64,000 nt of DNA from Candidatus Krumholzibacteriia bacterium (lineage in GTDB: Bacteria > Krumholzibacteriota > Krumholzibacteriia > JAJRXK01), in contig JBGPIA010000020.1 of assembly GCA_041484665.1 (NCBI GenBank), positions 1 to 64,000 on the forward strand. The letters run 5' to 3'. Below are positions 19,211 to 27,609 of this stretch, in pieces. Position 1 is the stretch's first letter. Every line of letters begins with the position of its first letter. A program made the position numbers and the translations under genes. The notes beneath the pieces are model-generated. The model worked only from the letters and a program-made list of their open reading frames with translations, was not told the origin of the DNA and searched no databases.

Positions 19211-19447
19211 TCACAGCGCGTGGAACTCCCCAGAATCCTCGATCTGCACCGGATAGCCCTCGATCTCGCGCGGGAGGCGCCGGACCAGAGACGCGGTGCG
19301 TTTGGCCACGTACACCTTAATGCACGGGCGGCCGTCGTCGGCCTGTCCGTCGCCGATCCCGACGACACCTTCGACGCCGAGCAGCTCGGCATCGTGCCGC
19401 AGCCGCACGGCAGCGAGCCCTCTGCGAGAGAGTCTCCGAGCAGCCAT
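19211..19447 (-). CDS. 78-aa protein resembling the N-terminal (pro)domain of the adjacent serine protease
   Basis: ATG 19447 follows GGAG; GVVGIG..IKVYV.K..LPREIEGYPV....GEFHA. Confidence 0.7.
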   Translation of the reverse strand: MAARRLSRRGLAAVRLRHDAELLGVEGVVGIGDGQADDGRPCIKVYVAKRTASLVRRLPREIEGYPVQIEDSGEFHAL

Positions 19448-19550
19448 AGCGGTCTCCGATGTGGACTGCGGCGTGCGCCCGGGGACCTGCCGTGCGGCCG
19501 CCCGCGGAGCATAGGCGCGGCCGGGGTAGCCGGCAAGGCCGCCCCGGAAT

Positions 19551-19712
19551 CCACGCGCTGCGTTGCCCAGCGCCGCGCCACGCCGTACTGCACCGCGTTG
19601 CCCACCGCCGCACCACGCCGTGCAGCGCTGCACCGTGCCGGGCTGCGCCCTGCCGCGCTGCACGATACGGCGCCGCGCCCTGCCGCTCCGCAGGATGCGG
19701 CGCCGTACCGCT
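19551..19712. repeat. Degenerate pentanucleotide tandem repeat tract
   Basis: gcacc gtgcc gggct gcgcc ctgcc gcgct gcacg atacg gcgcc gcgcc ctgcc...; 5-nt period with an imperfect 30-nt duplication. Confidence 0.6.
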
Positions 19713-20728
19713 CATACAACGATGGTCACACCCAGGTCGGCGAGAACGCGGGCGATCGGATTGGCGATCGTGTAGCCGCTGGTCTCGCTGCCGGCGAACA
19801 GCAGTCCCACGGGCTTGTTGCCCGCCTGGGTCATGATCAGCGAGCCCGAGTCGCCGCCCGCGCTGAACGGTACCTTGCCCTGCGCCCGGACGATGAACTG
19901 TTGGGCGAACGTCGCCGTGCCCGCCGTGCCGTAGCCGACCCGGCCGGTGAAGTTCACATCGGTGATGCGGCCGCGCGTGGCCTGCGTCGTGCGGCCGGCC
20001 TTCTTCACAAGCAGGTTCACCTTCGGAGCGACAGGGGTGGCGCCGAGCTTCCCGTAGGCGATGTTGCGGGGTGCGCCCGCGCCGGCGTCGAGTTCAGCAA
20101 TCGCGCAGTCGACGTAGTTGAGGGTGCCCCCGAACTGGATCGGGACGAACTTCGACAGCCGGGCGATCGCGTCGCGGGGGTTCTGGCCCCCGTCGTAGGA
20201 GCCTGGCTGGAGGATCGGATCGCCAGTGCTCCCCGCGTTGGAGTCGGCCAGGACGTGGTTGTTGCTCAGCATGAACTGAGTACGGCCGCTGCGGACCAGG
20301 CAGCCGAGCGTGCCGGCGGTGATCTTGAAGTGCCCCACCGAGACGCCTCCCGGCGCGGGCCGGTAGCGCCCGCGGTAGGGCTGCGCGTGAAGCTCGCCTA
20401 TCGCCACCACGTCGGTGGGGACACCGTCCACCTGCTTGGGGATCAGCGCTTCGCGCGCCACCGCCTTGCGCGGAGCCTTGGCGACGACGTAGACCGTGAC
20501 GCCGAGCTCCGTGGTCGACTTGCTGCCGACGGTCTTGCGGCTGATCCCCACGCCCACGATGTTCTCGAACCCGTAGGCGTGCGTGCCCGCCTCGGCAGCC
20601 ATGGCCAGTGAATGCACATCGATCAGGAAGCGGCGGACCAGCTCAGCGTGAGCGGCCAGGACGTCTCCGGGCGGGCCGCTCGCGGCGGGGCTCCTGCGCT
20701 GCAGGGGTCGCTTGCGTGGCATGGACAT
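19712..20728 (-). CDS. Nal1-like chymotrypsin-fold (S1/PA clan) serine protease, no signal peptide
   Basis: AAAGGAG RBS; GGVSVGH..TAGTLGC, LSNNHVLA (His), ILQPG..DGG, VDCAIA (Asp), GGDSGS (Ser), VGLLFAG. Confidence 0.88.
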   Translation of the reverse strand: MSMPRKRPLQRRSPAASGPPGDVLAAHAELVRRFLIDVHSLAMAAEAGTHAYGFENIVGVGISRKTVGSKSTTELGVTVYVVAKAPRKAVAREALIPKQVDGVPTDVVAIGELHAQPYRGRYRPAPGGVSVGHFKITAGTLGCLVRSGRTQFMLSNNHVLADSNAGSTGDPILQPGSYDGGQNPRDAIARLSKFVPIQFGGTLNYVDCAIAELDAGAGAPRNIAYGKLGATPVAPKVNLLVKKAGRTTQATRGRITDVNFTGRVGYGTAGTATFAQQFIVRAQGKVPFSAGGDSGSLIMTQAGNKPVGLLFAGSETSGYTIANPIARVLADLGVTIVV

Positions 20729-20783
20729 GGCTCCTTTCGGGGGGGCACTGCGCGCCGGTCGGGCACCGGCTCTTCGGTTTCCA

Positions 20784-20840
20784 GGGCCGAGCATCCGGGG
20801 GACAAGAATCGAAGGGACGAGAATCGGGGGGACGAGATTC
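20784..20840. repeat. Four 12-nt direct repeats with a 15-bp period in a divergent intergenic region
   Basis: GGGCCGAGCATC 20784, GGGACAAGAATC 20799, GGGACGAGAATC 20814, GGGACGAGATTC 20829. Confidence 0.7.
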
Positions 20841-21092
20841 CAGGGGGAGGATGAACCAGGATTGCGTCTGTAGGAAGAGGATGTCATGCGATATCGTGCG
20901 TCACCATCGCTGCCGCCGGGCGCGGTGCTTGGCGACACTGGCTACCGGCTTGGCCCGCAGCGGCGGGCGCCGGGGGGCGCCCGGGGGGTGAACGGTGATC
21001 GCCCGGAGCGCGAGTCGACGCGAGCAGGAAAGACACCGTCGCAATGACCAGACCGCAGCGGCGGGCTGAGGATGCCGAAAGGAGATACCGAC

Positions 21093-21596
21093 GTGAATCG
21101 CAACATCGTCAGGCGGCGTGACGTCGGGAGGTGGCAGGCACGCGGCGCGGGCGCGGCGCCACCGGGCAGGGCTCCCGAGGGGCCAGCGGGGGGTCCGCCT
21201 GAGCGACCCCGCGAGGAACGCGCGGGAGAAGCTCCCGGCAAGGCCCCGGCGCCGGACGTCTACTTCGGGCGCGTGCTCAAGCTGATCCCTGGCGAGGTCG
21301 TTGGGCTGTTCATTGCGGCCCAGAGCCTGATCGCGGCGCAGTATTCCGGGCGCGGCGGGCGCGGGCTTCTCTGGGGCGTGTTCGGGTTCGGAGTGCTCGC
21401 GACCCCGGTGTATCTGTGGCGGGTCATGAAGGTGCGCGCGCGGCTCCAGTTGGCGCTCTCCACGCTCGCCTTCGGCGTGTGGGTTTGCGCGCTGCAGGGG
21501 GGACCGTTCGAGCTGCAGTTCGGGGACAAGGCGCCCTTCTGGGGCGCACTGCTGATCCTGGCCGTCTCGTTCCTCGCCCCGGTGTTCCTGGGCTGA
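21093..21596 (+). CDS. Four-TM hypothetical membrane protein
   Basis: GTG follows GGAG (ATG 21072 is an alternative); disordered N-terminus, then YFGRVLKLIPGEVVGLF and four hydrophobic segments. Confidence 0.7.
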   Translation: MNRNIVRRRDVGRWQARGAGAAPPGRAPEGPAGGPPERPREERAGEAPGKAPAPDVYFGRVLKLIPGEVVGLFIAAQSLIAAQYSGRGGRGLLWGVFGFGVLATPVYLWRVMKVRARLQLALSTLAFGVWVCALQGGPFELQFGDKAPFWGALLILAVSFLAPVFLG

Positions 21597-21753
21597 GGCT
21601 CGAAGGTGCCGCTGTTCCTGTGCCGCAGGGGTGCAAGTGGATCACATCGCCGGCCATGGGCGGGCTGGAAGAGTTCGCCGCGTCGCGCGCAGGCGGCGGC
21701 GCACACGCCCGCTTCAGCACTGGCCCGAGCGCGGCAGCCCGCCATGCTCTCGC

Positions 21754-22026
21754 TCAGGCGAACTTCGCCAGCAGTTTGATCGCGGGTCCCGCAAGGCTGT
21801 CGATGTTGCTCACGAGCAGGTTGATCTTTTCGCGTTCGGCGGTCGACGCGCGCACGATCTTCATCAGCTCCGCGAGCCTCTCGACATCTGCGGGCGTGGG
21901 AAAGAGGCTCTTGATCTCGTCGTCCGTCAGCCGCGTGACGGATGAAATGCGTGCGGCCAGCAGGTCGTCGGTCTTCTTGCCCGCGTCCTCGATGGCCGCG
22001 TCGATGGCGCCCCAGTCGATGGGCAT
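21754..22026 (-). CDS. Small helical hypothetical protein (90 aa)
   Basis: AGGAGGAG RBS; protein-like composition; 25 nt after the lipoprotein stop. Confidence 0.75.
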   Translation of the reverse strand: MPIDWGAIDAAIEDAGKKTDDLLAARISSVTRLTDDEIKSLFPTPADVERLAELMKIVRASTAEREKINLLVSNIDSLAGPAIKLLAKFA

Positions 22027-22051
22027 AGCGTGCTCCTCCTGGTGTATCTCT

Positions 22052-22708
22052 CTAAGGCAGGCTCCTCTTCAACTCGCGGATCAGCTCCTCGATCCGTTGC
22101 TTGTTCGCGGCGAACGCGTCGCGCTTCTCGACGATCAGACTCACCATCTCCTCGGCTTTCTCGAGCAGGCTGGGTAGCTCGCCTTTCGCGTCCAGGATCT
22201 TGAGCAGGCGATCCTGGGTTTGCGAGGCCTTGGCATTGGCGTCCAGCAGCGCCGTGAGCGTGAGATTGATGGAGAGCATCTGGTCGTAGTGCTCGTCGAG
22301 CCGGCGCAGGATCGCGAGCTCGGCCTCGTCCAACGGCGCTAGCAGCTCGCGGCGCTTGGCGTTGATCTTCGTCTGCACGCGCTGGCCAAGGCCCACAATC
22401 AACTCACCTCGCTCCGACGCGCTGCCGCTACCCAAGACACGCTCCAGCTGCGAAGCGACCGCCTCGCTGCCAAAAACCTCGGTCGTGAACTGCGGGACCC
22501 ACTCGCGGTCCACGAACTCGTTCACCTCGGTGCGCTTGGCGTCCAGGTACAGGCGGACGGCGCTCTTGTGGGCGCTGCGCGTTTCCTGGATGCGGGTGCC
22601 CAGCTCCCCTGAGAGGATGGGGGCCTCGCGTGGGATCGAAGCGCAGCCGCAGGCGAGCGGCTCGAGCAGGGCGAGGACGAGGACCAGGACTGCTGCATGG
22701 ACTCGCAT
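22052..22708 (-). CDS. Coiled-coil lipoprotein, hypothetical
   Basis: GGAGG RBS; signal peptide with LACGC lipobox-like motif; all-helical charged body. Confidence 0.75.
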   Translation of the reverse strand: MRVHAAVLVLVLALLEPLACGCASIPREAPILSGELGTRIQETRSAHKSAVRLYLDAKRTEVNEFVDREWVPQFTTEVFGSEAVASQLERVLGSGSASERGELIVGLGQRVQTKINAKRRELLAPLDEAELAILRRLDEHYDQMLSINLTLTALLDANAKASQTQDRLLKILDAKGELPSLLEKAEEMVSLIVEKRDAFAANKQRIEELIRELKRSLP

Positions 22709-22764
22709 CGTTCTCCTCCGTGATTGCCGACTCCCGGACGCCCCTCGGCTCTACCCGTTCTCCC

Positions 22765-25146
22765 TCAGATGTTGATCTCCCACACCCCACGATTGCGCAT
22801 CCCCGCCCGCAGCCGCCGCCCGCTTGCGTGGAGCACGACGTCCCCGACCACCGCGTTCGGCAAACCGAGACCGTACTCGGCCCACGTGGAGCCGCTGTCC
22901 GGCGAGCGATAGACACCGTTGTCCGTTCCCACGTAGAGCGTGTCGGGGCGTGCGGGATCCACGGCCACGGCGTTGACGGGCACCGACGGCAGCCCGCCGC
23001 TGCGCTCCGCCCACGAGGCACCGCCGTCCGTTGAAACGAACAGATGCCCGCCCTGGATCGTCGAGTACGAAACCCAGATCCGGCCGCGAGGGTCAACGTG
23101 GATGTCGCTGACGAACCCGTCGCGCGGCGTCGTGAGACGAACGGCCGCGACGCCGTCCCAGCCTGATGTGTCGCGCAGGATGCGGTAGACGCGCCCCGCG
23201 TCCGTGCCGACGAGGATCTCGCCGGGACCAGGGATCGCGAGCGCCGACGCGAGCTGGGCATTGCGGCCAACGCCTTGGAGCGCCACCTCAGCCCAGAGCT
23301 TGCCCTGAGTCTCGGTGATCAGCACCGTCTCGCCCGCCTGGGCCACGACCCGGCCGAGCACCTCGACCGGCGGGTAGAACAGACAAGCGTAGTCCTCGGA
23401 GACCCAGGGGCCGATGTCCTTCCACTTCGAGCCGCCGTCGGGGGAAACCTCGACCCCCATCTCGTAGTAGGTGTGATAGCAGACCTGCGGATGCGCTGTG
23501 TCCACACCACAGTCGCCACCATCGCCCAATGCCACCTGATCCCACTGCGTCCCGAGGGCGCGCCGCAGCGTCCCATTGTCCTGCGTACCGCCCAGGATCC
23601 AGTCGAGCTGCGTGGGATGCTGCGCGAGGAACTCGAACTCCGTGATGGCGAGCCCTTTGTTGAGGGACTGCCACGTCCGGCCGAGGTCGGGCGACCGGAA
23701 GAGGCCGCCGTCGTTGGTGGAGTAGACGACGCGTGAATCGTCCGGAGCGAACGCGAGATGGTGTTGGTCGGGATGGATGGAGTCACCGCGGCGGCGCGAC
23801 GAGATGTTCGACCAGTCCCAGCTCCCCTTTGCGCGGCGGCGGCCGCGGTACAGCTCGATGGCGCCGATGAACACCGTGTCGGGATCATCCGGAACGACAG
23901 CGGCGCACCAGTCGTACCAGGCCTGGTCGGTCTTGAGGCCGCGGGGCAGCGATTGTCTGACGAAGGCAGCTCCAGGTGCGCAACGGCGCCACAGCCTGGC
24001 CAGGCCGTCGATCGAGGCGAACACGTACGCGATCCCACCATCAGAGGGGGCGTGGCAGACTTCCATGCGCGCGATCTCGCCTGCGGGCATTTCGGGCAGC
24101 GCGAGCCGCTTCCACGTCGCCCCGCCGTTTGTCGAGCGAACCAACCCGTCCTGGCACCCCGCGAGGAGCTCGTTCGTCCGAGGGTCGAGCGAGAGATCCC
24201 ACGTGAGGTGCGTGCGCTGCCTCTGCCAGCTCGCTCCTCCATCGAGGCTCTCATAGAGGCCTGCGGTCGTGGCGGCCCACACATGGTCCGCGTCCGCGGG
24301 GTCGACGATCAGGTCATAGAAGGCCTGGCCGACGAGCTCGGCGAACGGAAGGACGGCCCAGCTCGCGCCACCGTCGCGCGAGCGCAGCAGCCCGACCCCA
24401 AGCGGGACGAGGCTGTCCCCTTCGCCCGTTCCCGCGTAGACGATGCGCGGGTCGCTGGGCGCGAATGCCAGCGCGCCCATCGCGAGTGTGGGGAGATCAT
24501 CGGTGAGCGGGCGCCAGGTCCCGCCCAGATCGCGCGTCTCCCACAGGCCGCCCCCCGCCGATGCGATGAGAACGTGGCGCGTGTCCGCCGGGTCGACGGC
24601 GACACTCGCGATCCGTCCGGAGACCGGAGGCTGGCTGTTGGCACCGTGGCCGTAGGTCTGGCCGTGTGGAATGGAGGTGGGACCCAGCTCGCGCCAGCGT
24701 GGCGGCTGCCCGACCCCGGGCCCTCCGCCGGCGGGAGCTGCGTGCGCGGCGAGGGCGCGCTTCTGCGTGAACGCGTCGAGGTAGGGAAGGTGGGGGGACG
24801 CCGCGGTGCGCTCGGTGCCCGCAGTGCGCTCGCGGCGGGAGCCTGCGCGGCTGGCGACCACGCGACCCGCACCCACGCGGCTGGCGCCCACGCGGCCGGC
24901 GTCACCGCGAACGGCCCCGCGATGGGCCTGGAGCGGGGGAAGCCCGCGCTGCAGCGCAAAGAGGCGCGTCCGGGCGAGCGCCTTGCCCCCGGGGACTTTC
25001 TTGGGCGTGCGAAGACGCACGGGCGGACGGCGCGTTCGAGCGCCGGAGGCATGGGCACCGGCGGTCGCGCGGCCACGGGGTGGATGGCGCGGGCGCCCCG
25101 AGCCGCGCCGCGGGCGCTTCTCCTTCGGCTCCCTCGGAATGTCCAT
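22765..25146 (-). CDS. BNR/Asp-box (VPS10/YCF48-like) beta-propeller protein without a signal peptide
   Basis: Repeated S.DGG..W boxes, SGRI..VAVDP, YAGTGE, IHPDQH, GGTQDNG, GDGG; Arg-rich N-terminus. Confidence 0.85.
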   Translation of the reverse strand: MDIPREPKEKRPRRGSGRPRHPPRGRATAGAHASGARTRRPPVRLRTPKKVPGGKALARTRLFALQRGLPPLQAHRGAVRGDAGRVGASRVGAGRVVASRAGSRRERTAGTERTAASPHLPYLDAFTQKRALAAHAAPAGGGPGVGQPPRWRELGPTSIPHGQTYGHGANSQPPVSGRIASVAVDPADTRHVLIASAGGGLWETRDLGGTWRPLTDDLPTLAMGALAFAPSDPRIVYAGTGEGDSLVPLGVGLLRSRDGGASWAVLPFAELVGQAFYDLIVDPADADHVWAATTAGLYESLDGGASWQRQRTHLTWDLSLDPRTNELLAGCQDGLVRSTNGGATWKRLALPEMPAGEIARMEVCHAPSDGGIAYVFASIDGLARLWRRCAPGAAFVRQSLPRGLKTDQAWYDWCAAVVPDDPDTVFIGAIELYRGRRRAKGSWDWSNISSRRRGDSIHPDQHHLAFAPDDSRVVYSTNDGGLFRSPDLGRTWQSLNKGLAITEFEFLAQHPTQLDWILGGTQDNGTLRRALGTQWDQVALGDGGDCGVDTAHPQVCYHTYYEMGVEVSPDGGSKWKDIGPWVSEDYACLFYPPVEVLGRVVAQAGETVLITETQGKLWAEVALQGVGRNAQLASALAIPGPGEILVGTDAGRVYRILRDTSGWDGVAAVRLTTPRDGFVSDIHVDPRGRIWVSYSTIQGGHLFVSTDGGASWAERSGGLPSVPVNAVAVDPARPDTLYVGTDNGVYRSPDSGSTWAEYGLGLPNAVVGDVVLHASGRRLRAGMRNRGVWEINI

Positions 25147-25188
25147 GGCTTTCCCCTCGAGGCGGGCGCGCCGAAAGGGCGGCCGCCA

Positions 25189-25377
25189 TTACCCGCTGCG
25201 TTTGCGACCCTTGCTCGTGGTCGTCGTCGGAGCGCTGGGCGATCCCGGCGCCGGAGGCAGGCCGCGCGCCTGCTCGAACTGCCGCAGCCGCTTCAGCGCC
25301 CGGCCTCCAGGCGCTGACCCTGCGGCTCGCTTGCGGACGCCCTTACCTGACTTCGTGGACTTCGGTGGCCGTTCCAT
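25189..25377 (-). CDS. 62-aa basic peptide sharing a 20-aa motif with the downstream propeller's N-terminus
   Basis: AAGGAG RBS 7 nt before ATG; PGGRALKRLRQFEQARGLPP. Confidence 0.65.
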   Translation of the reverse strand: MERPPKSTKSGKGVRKRAAGSAPGGRALKRLRQFEQARGLPPAPGSPSAPTTTTSKGRKRSG

Positions 25378-25797
25378 GACCTGCTCCTTGCGGCGCGCGC
25401 GCTGGCGGTGCGGACAGTTGACAGACTCGCCTCGACCGCGGCACGGCGGACCATCACAGGGGTCGGCGCAGCGGGCCCAACTGCGCCGCGGCTTGCGCTT
25501 CGCTGCATCCTGCCGTTCGATCGGCGGGGTTCAGTACCCGTCGTGCGGCTCGTCGTGCGGCTCACGATATCGAGCGCTCCAGCGGATGGTACGGCCTTCC
25601 TGGACAGATAGACGCAGAAACTGGACCCGTTCCGCCTTGCGCCCCGAAGGTGGCCTGCTGCCCGCCGCCGTGTCGGCTTGCCCGCCGCCATCTCGGCCTG
25701 CCCACCGCCGTGTCCGCCTTTCCAGCGCTCCGTCGGCCTATCCACCGATGGTCGATCGATGCTCCCGGCCCCGCGTTGGGTTTACAATGATCCGGCC

Positions 25798-27609
25798 ATG
25801 CCACTCTCCCTGATCTCCATCCCCGTCTTCCCCCAGGACCCCACCACCACGCCCACGCCGGAGCGGGTCAAGGTCGGCGGGGAGCTGCTCCCCGGTCCGG
25901 TCGGCAAGCGCGTCGCGGTCTTCGACTACAACCGTGACCGCGACGAGGTCTACCACGCGGCCCGCCCGCGCCGTGACGGCAGTTTTCCCGACTACGATCC
26001 CGCTGACCTGCGCTTCCACCAGCTCAACGCCTACGCCATCACGGCGCGTGCGGTCGAGCTGGTTGAGCTCGAGCTGGGCCGCGACTTGCGCTGGGGGTTC
26101 GATGCGAGCCGGCTGATCGTGCTCCCACACGCCGGTTATCTCGCCAACGCGTTCTACAGTGAGGACACCCACAGCCTGCAGCTCTTCTCATTCCGCTCGT
26201 TTCGCGCGGCAGGCTGCGCGGCGAGCCACGCGCCGAACCGCGTAGCGAGTCGCGCCGCTGGCCGCGGACGCGAGCGCCCGGGCCGCGGTTCGGGGAAGCG
26301 CGCAGGGGGCCGCGGCGGCGGCCCGGGGGCGATCTACCACACATCTCTCTCGCACGACATCGTCGCCCACGAGACGGGCCACGCCATCCTCGACGCGGTG
26401 CGCGATCGTTACACCGAGGCCCTCGAGCCCGAGACTTCCGCGCTGCACGAGGCGATCGGCGACCTGACCGCGTTGTTCGCGGCGCTCAGCTACGAAACGG
26501 TCCGCCGCCGCGTCGCCCGCCGCTTGGCGCGACCCAACCTTGTGACCGAGATCGCCGAGGACTTCGAGGGTGCTCACCGCAACCTGCGGAGTCTGCTGGG
26601 GTCGCCGCGCCGCGACTGGGGTGGCGAGCTGGAGCCGCACCGCCTCTCCCTCAAGCTCACGCGCGCGGTCTACGCGGCGCTGATCGCCATGGCCGCTCTG
26701 GAGAGGCGCCGCGGCGCCAAGCCGCTGACCGCGCTCAAGGACGCCCGCCGCGCGCTGCAGCGCATGGTCGTGCGCTCACTGGATTTCCTGCCGCCCGCCG
26801 ACGCCACTCTCGAGGAGTTCGGCCTCGCCATGCTGGCCTCCGACCGCCTCGCACACCCCGACGACACGCGCGGCTACCGTGCGGTCACGGCCGCAGTGTT
26901 GCGCAAGCACTTCGTGCTGAGCCGGCGTGGCGCGCATGGCGGGCGTGACGGCCGGCATGGTCTCGACACCCCGGCCGATCTCGACACCCGCCCCTGGCGG
27001 AGCCTGCCCCGCTCATGGCCAAGGCCCACCTGGCGCGAGGCCTACCTCTTCCTCGACGCCAACCGTGACCGTCTCGTGCTCGGCCGCTACCCGGATTACC
27101 GCGATTTCATCGTGCGCGACCTGCAGATCGCGGCGCAGGCGAAGGATCCCACACAGGTCGGTCAAGTGGTCCTCGTGTACGAGTACCCTGTCGAGGTGCG
27201 GCTGGCTGGCCGCGAGTTCGGCCCCGCCCACGACCAGTGGATCACGTTCTGGGGTGGCGGCACGCTCGTGTTCGATCCCGAGGGACGCCTGTACCACCAT
27301 GCCGCCAAGCCCGTCACCCGCCAGCGCGTCGGCCGGGGGCTGGAGTTCCTGCGCGCCCAGATGGACGGCGGCGCCGTGGCGACCATCGGTGGGTCGCGCG
27401 ACGATCAGCTACGCCGCGAGCGCGTGGAGGAGTCCTGGACGCTGGCTCTGGCGGCAGATGGAGCGACCTTGCGGCGCAACCCGGCGGTGCGCTGCGTCGG
27501 GCCGCCGGGCGAGGTGACGATGCGGGCGGGCGCTGCGGCGACACGGGCGCGGGCCCGCCGCCCCGCACGCGGCGCGCCCCGCCGCCCGACACGAGGGAAG
27601 CCGCGATGA
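25798..27609 (+). CDS. Cytoplasmic gluzincin metallopeptidase (M4/M36-like)
   Basis: FHQLNAYA, NAFYS, DIVAHETGHAILD (HExxH), ALHEAIGD (third-ligand ExxxD); no signal peptide. Confidence 0.85.
   Translation: MPLSLISIPVFPQDPTTTPTPERVKVGGELLPGPVGKRVAVFDYNRDRDEVYHAARPRRDGSFPDYDPADLRFHQLNAYAITARAVELVELELGRDLRWGFDASRLIVLPHAGYLANAFYSEDTHSLQLFSFRSFRAAGCAASHAPNRVASRAAGRGRERPGRGSGKRAGGRGGGPGAIYHTSLSHDIVAHETGHAILDAVRDRYTEALEPETSALHEAIGDLTALFAALSYETVRRRVARRLARPNLVTEIAEDFEGAHRNLRSLLGSPRRDWGGELEPHRLSLKLTRAVYAALIAMAALERRRGAKPLTALKDARRALQRMVVRSLDFLPPADATLEEFGLAMLASDRLAHPDDTRGYRAVTAAVLRKHFVLSRRGAHGGRDGRHGLDTPADLDTRPWRSLPRSWPRPTWREAYLFLDANRDRLVLGRYPDYRDFIVRDLQIAAQAKDPTQVGQVVLVYEYPVEVRLAGREFGPAHDQWITFWGGGTLVFDPEGRLYHHAAKPVTRQRVGRGLEFLRAQMDGGAVATIGGSRDDQLRRERVEESWTLALAADGATLRRNPAVRCVGPPGEVTMRAGAAATRARARRPARGAPRRPTRGKPR

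Noticed and set aside
18683..25377. PKS/NRPS or RiPP biosynthetic cluster (ACP-like gene, small peptide, proteases)
   Set aside because: The ACP lacks its serine, and no synthase, radical SAM, YcaO, lanthipeptide or transporter genes are visible.
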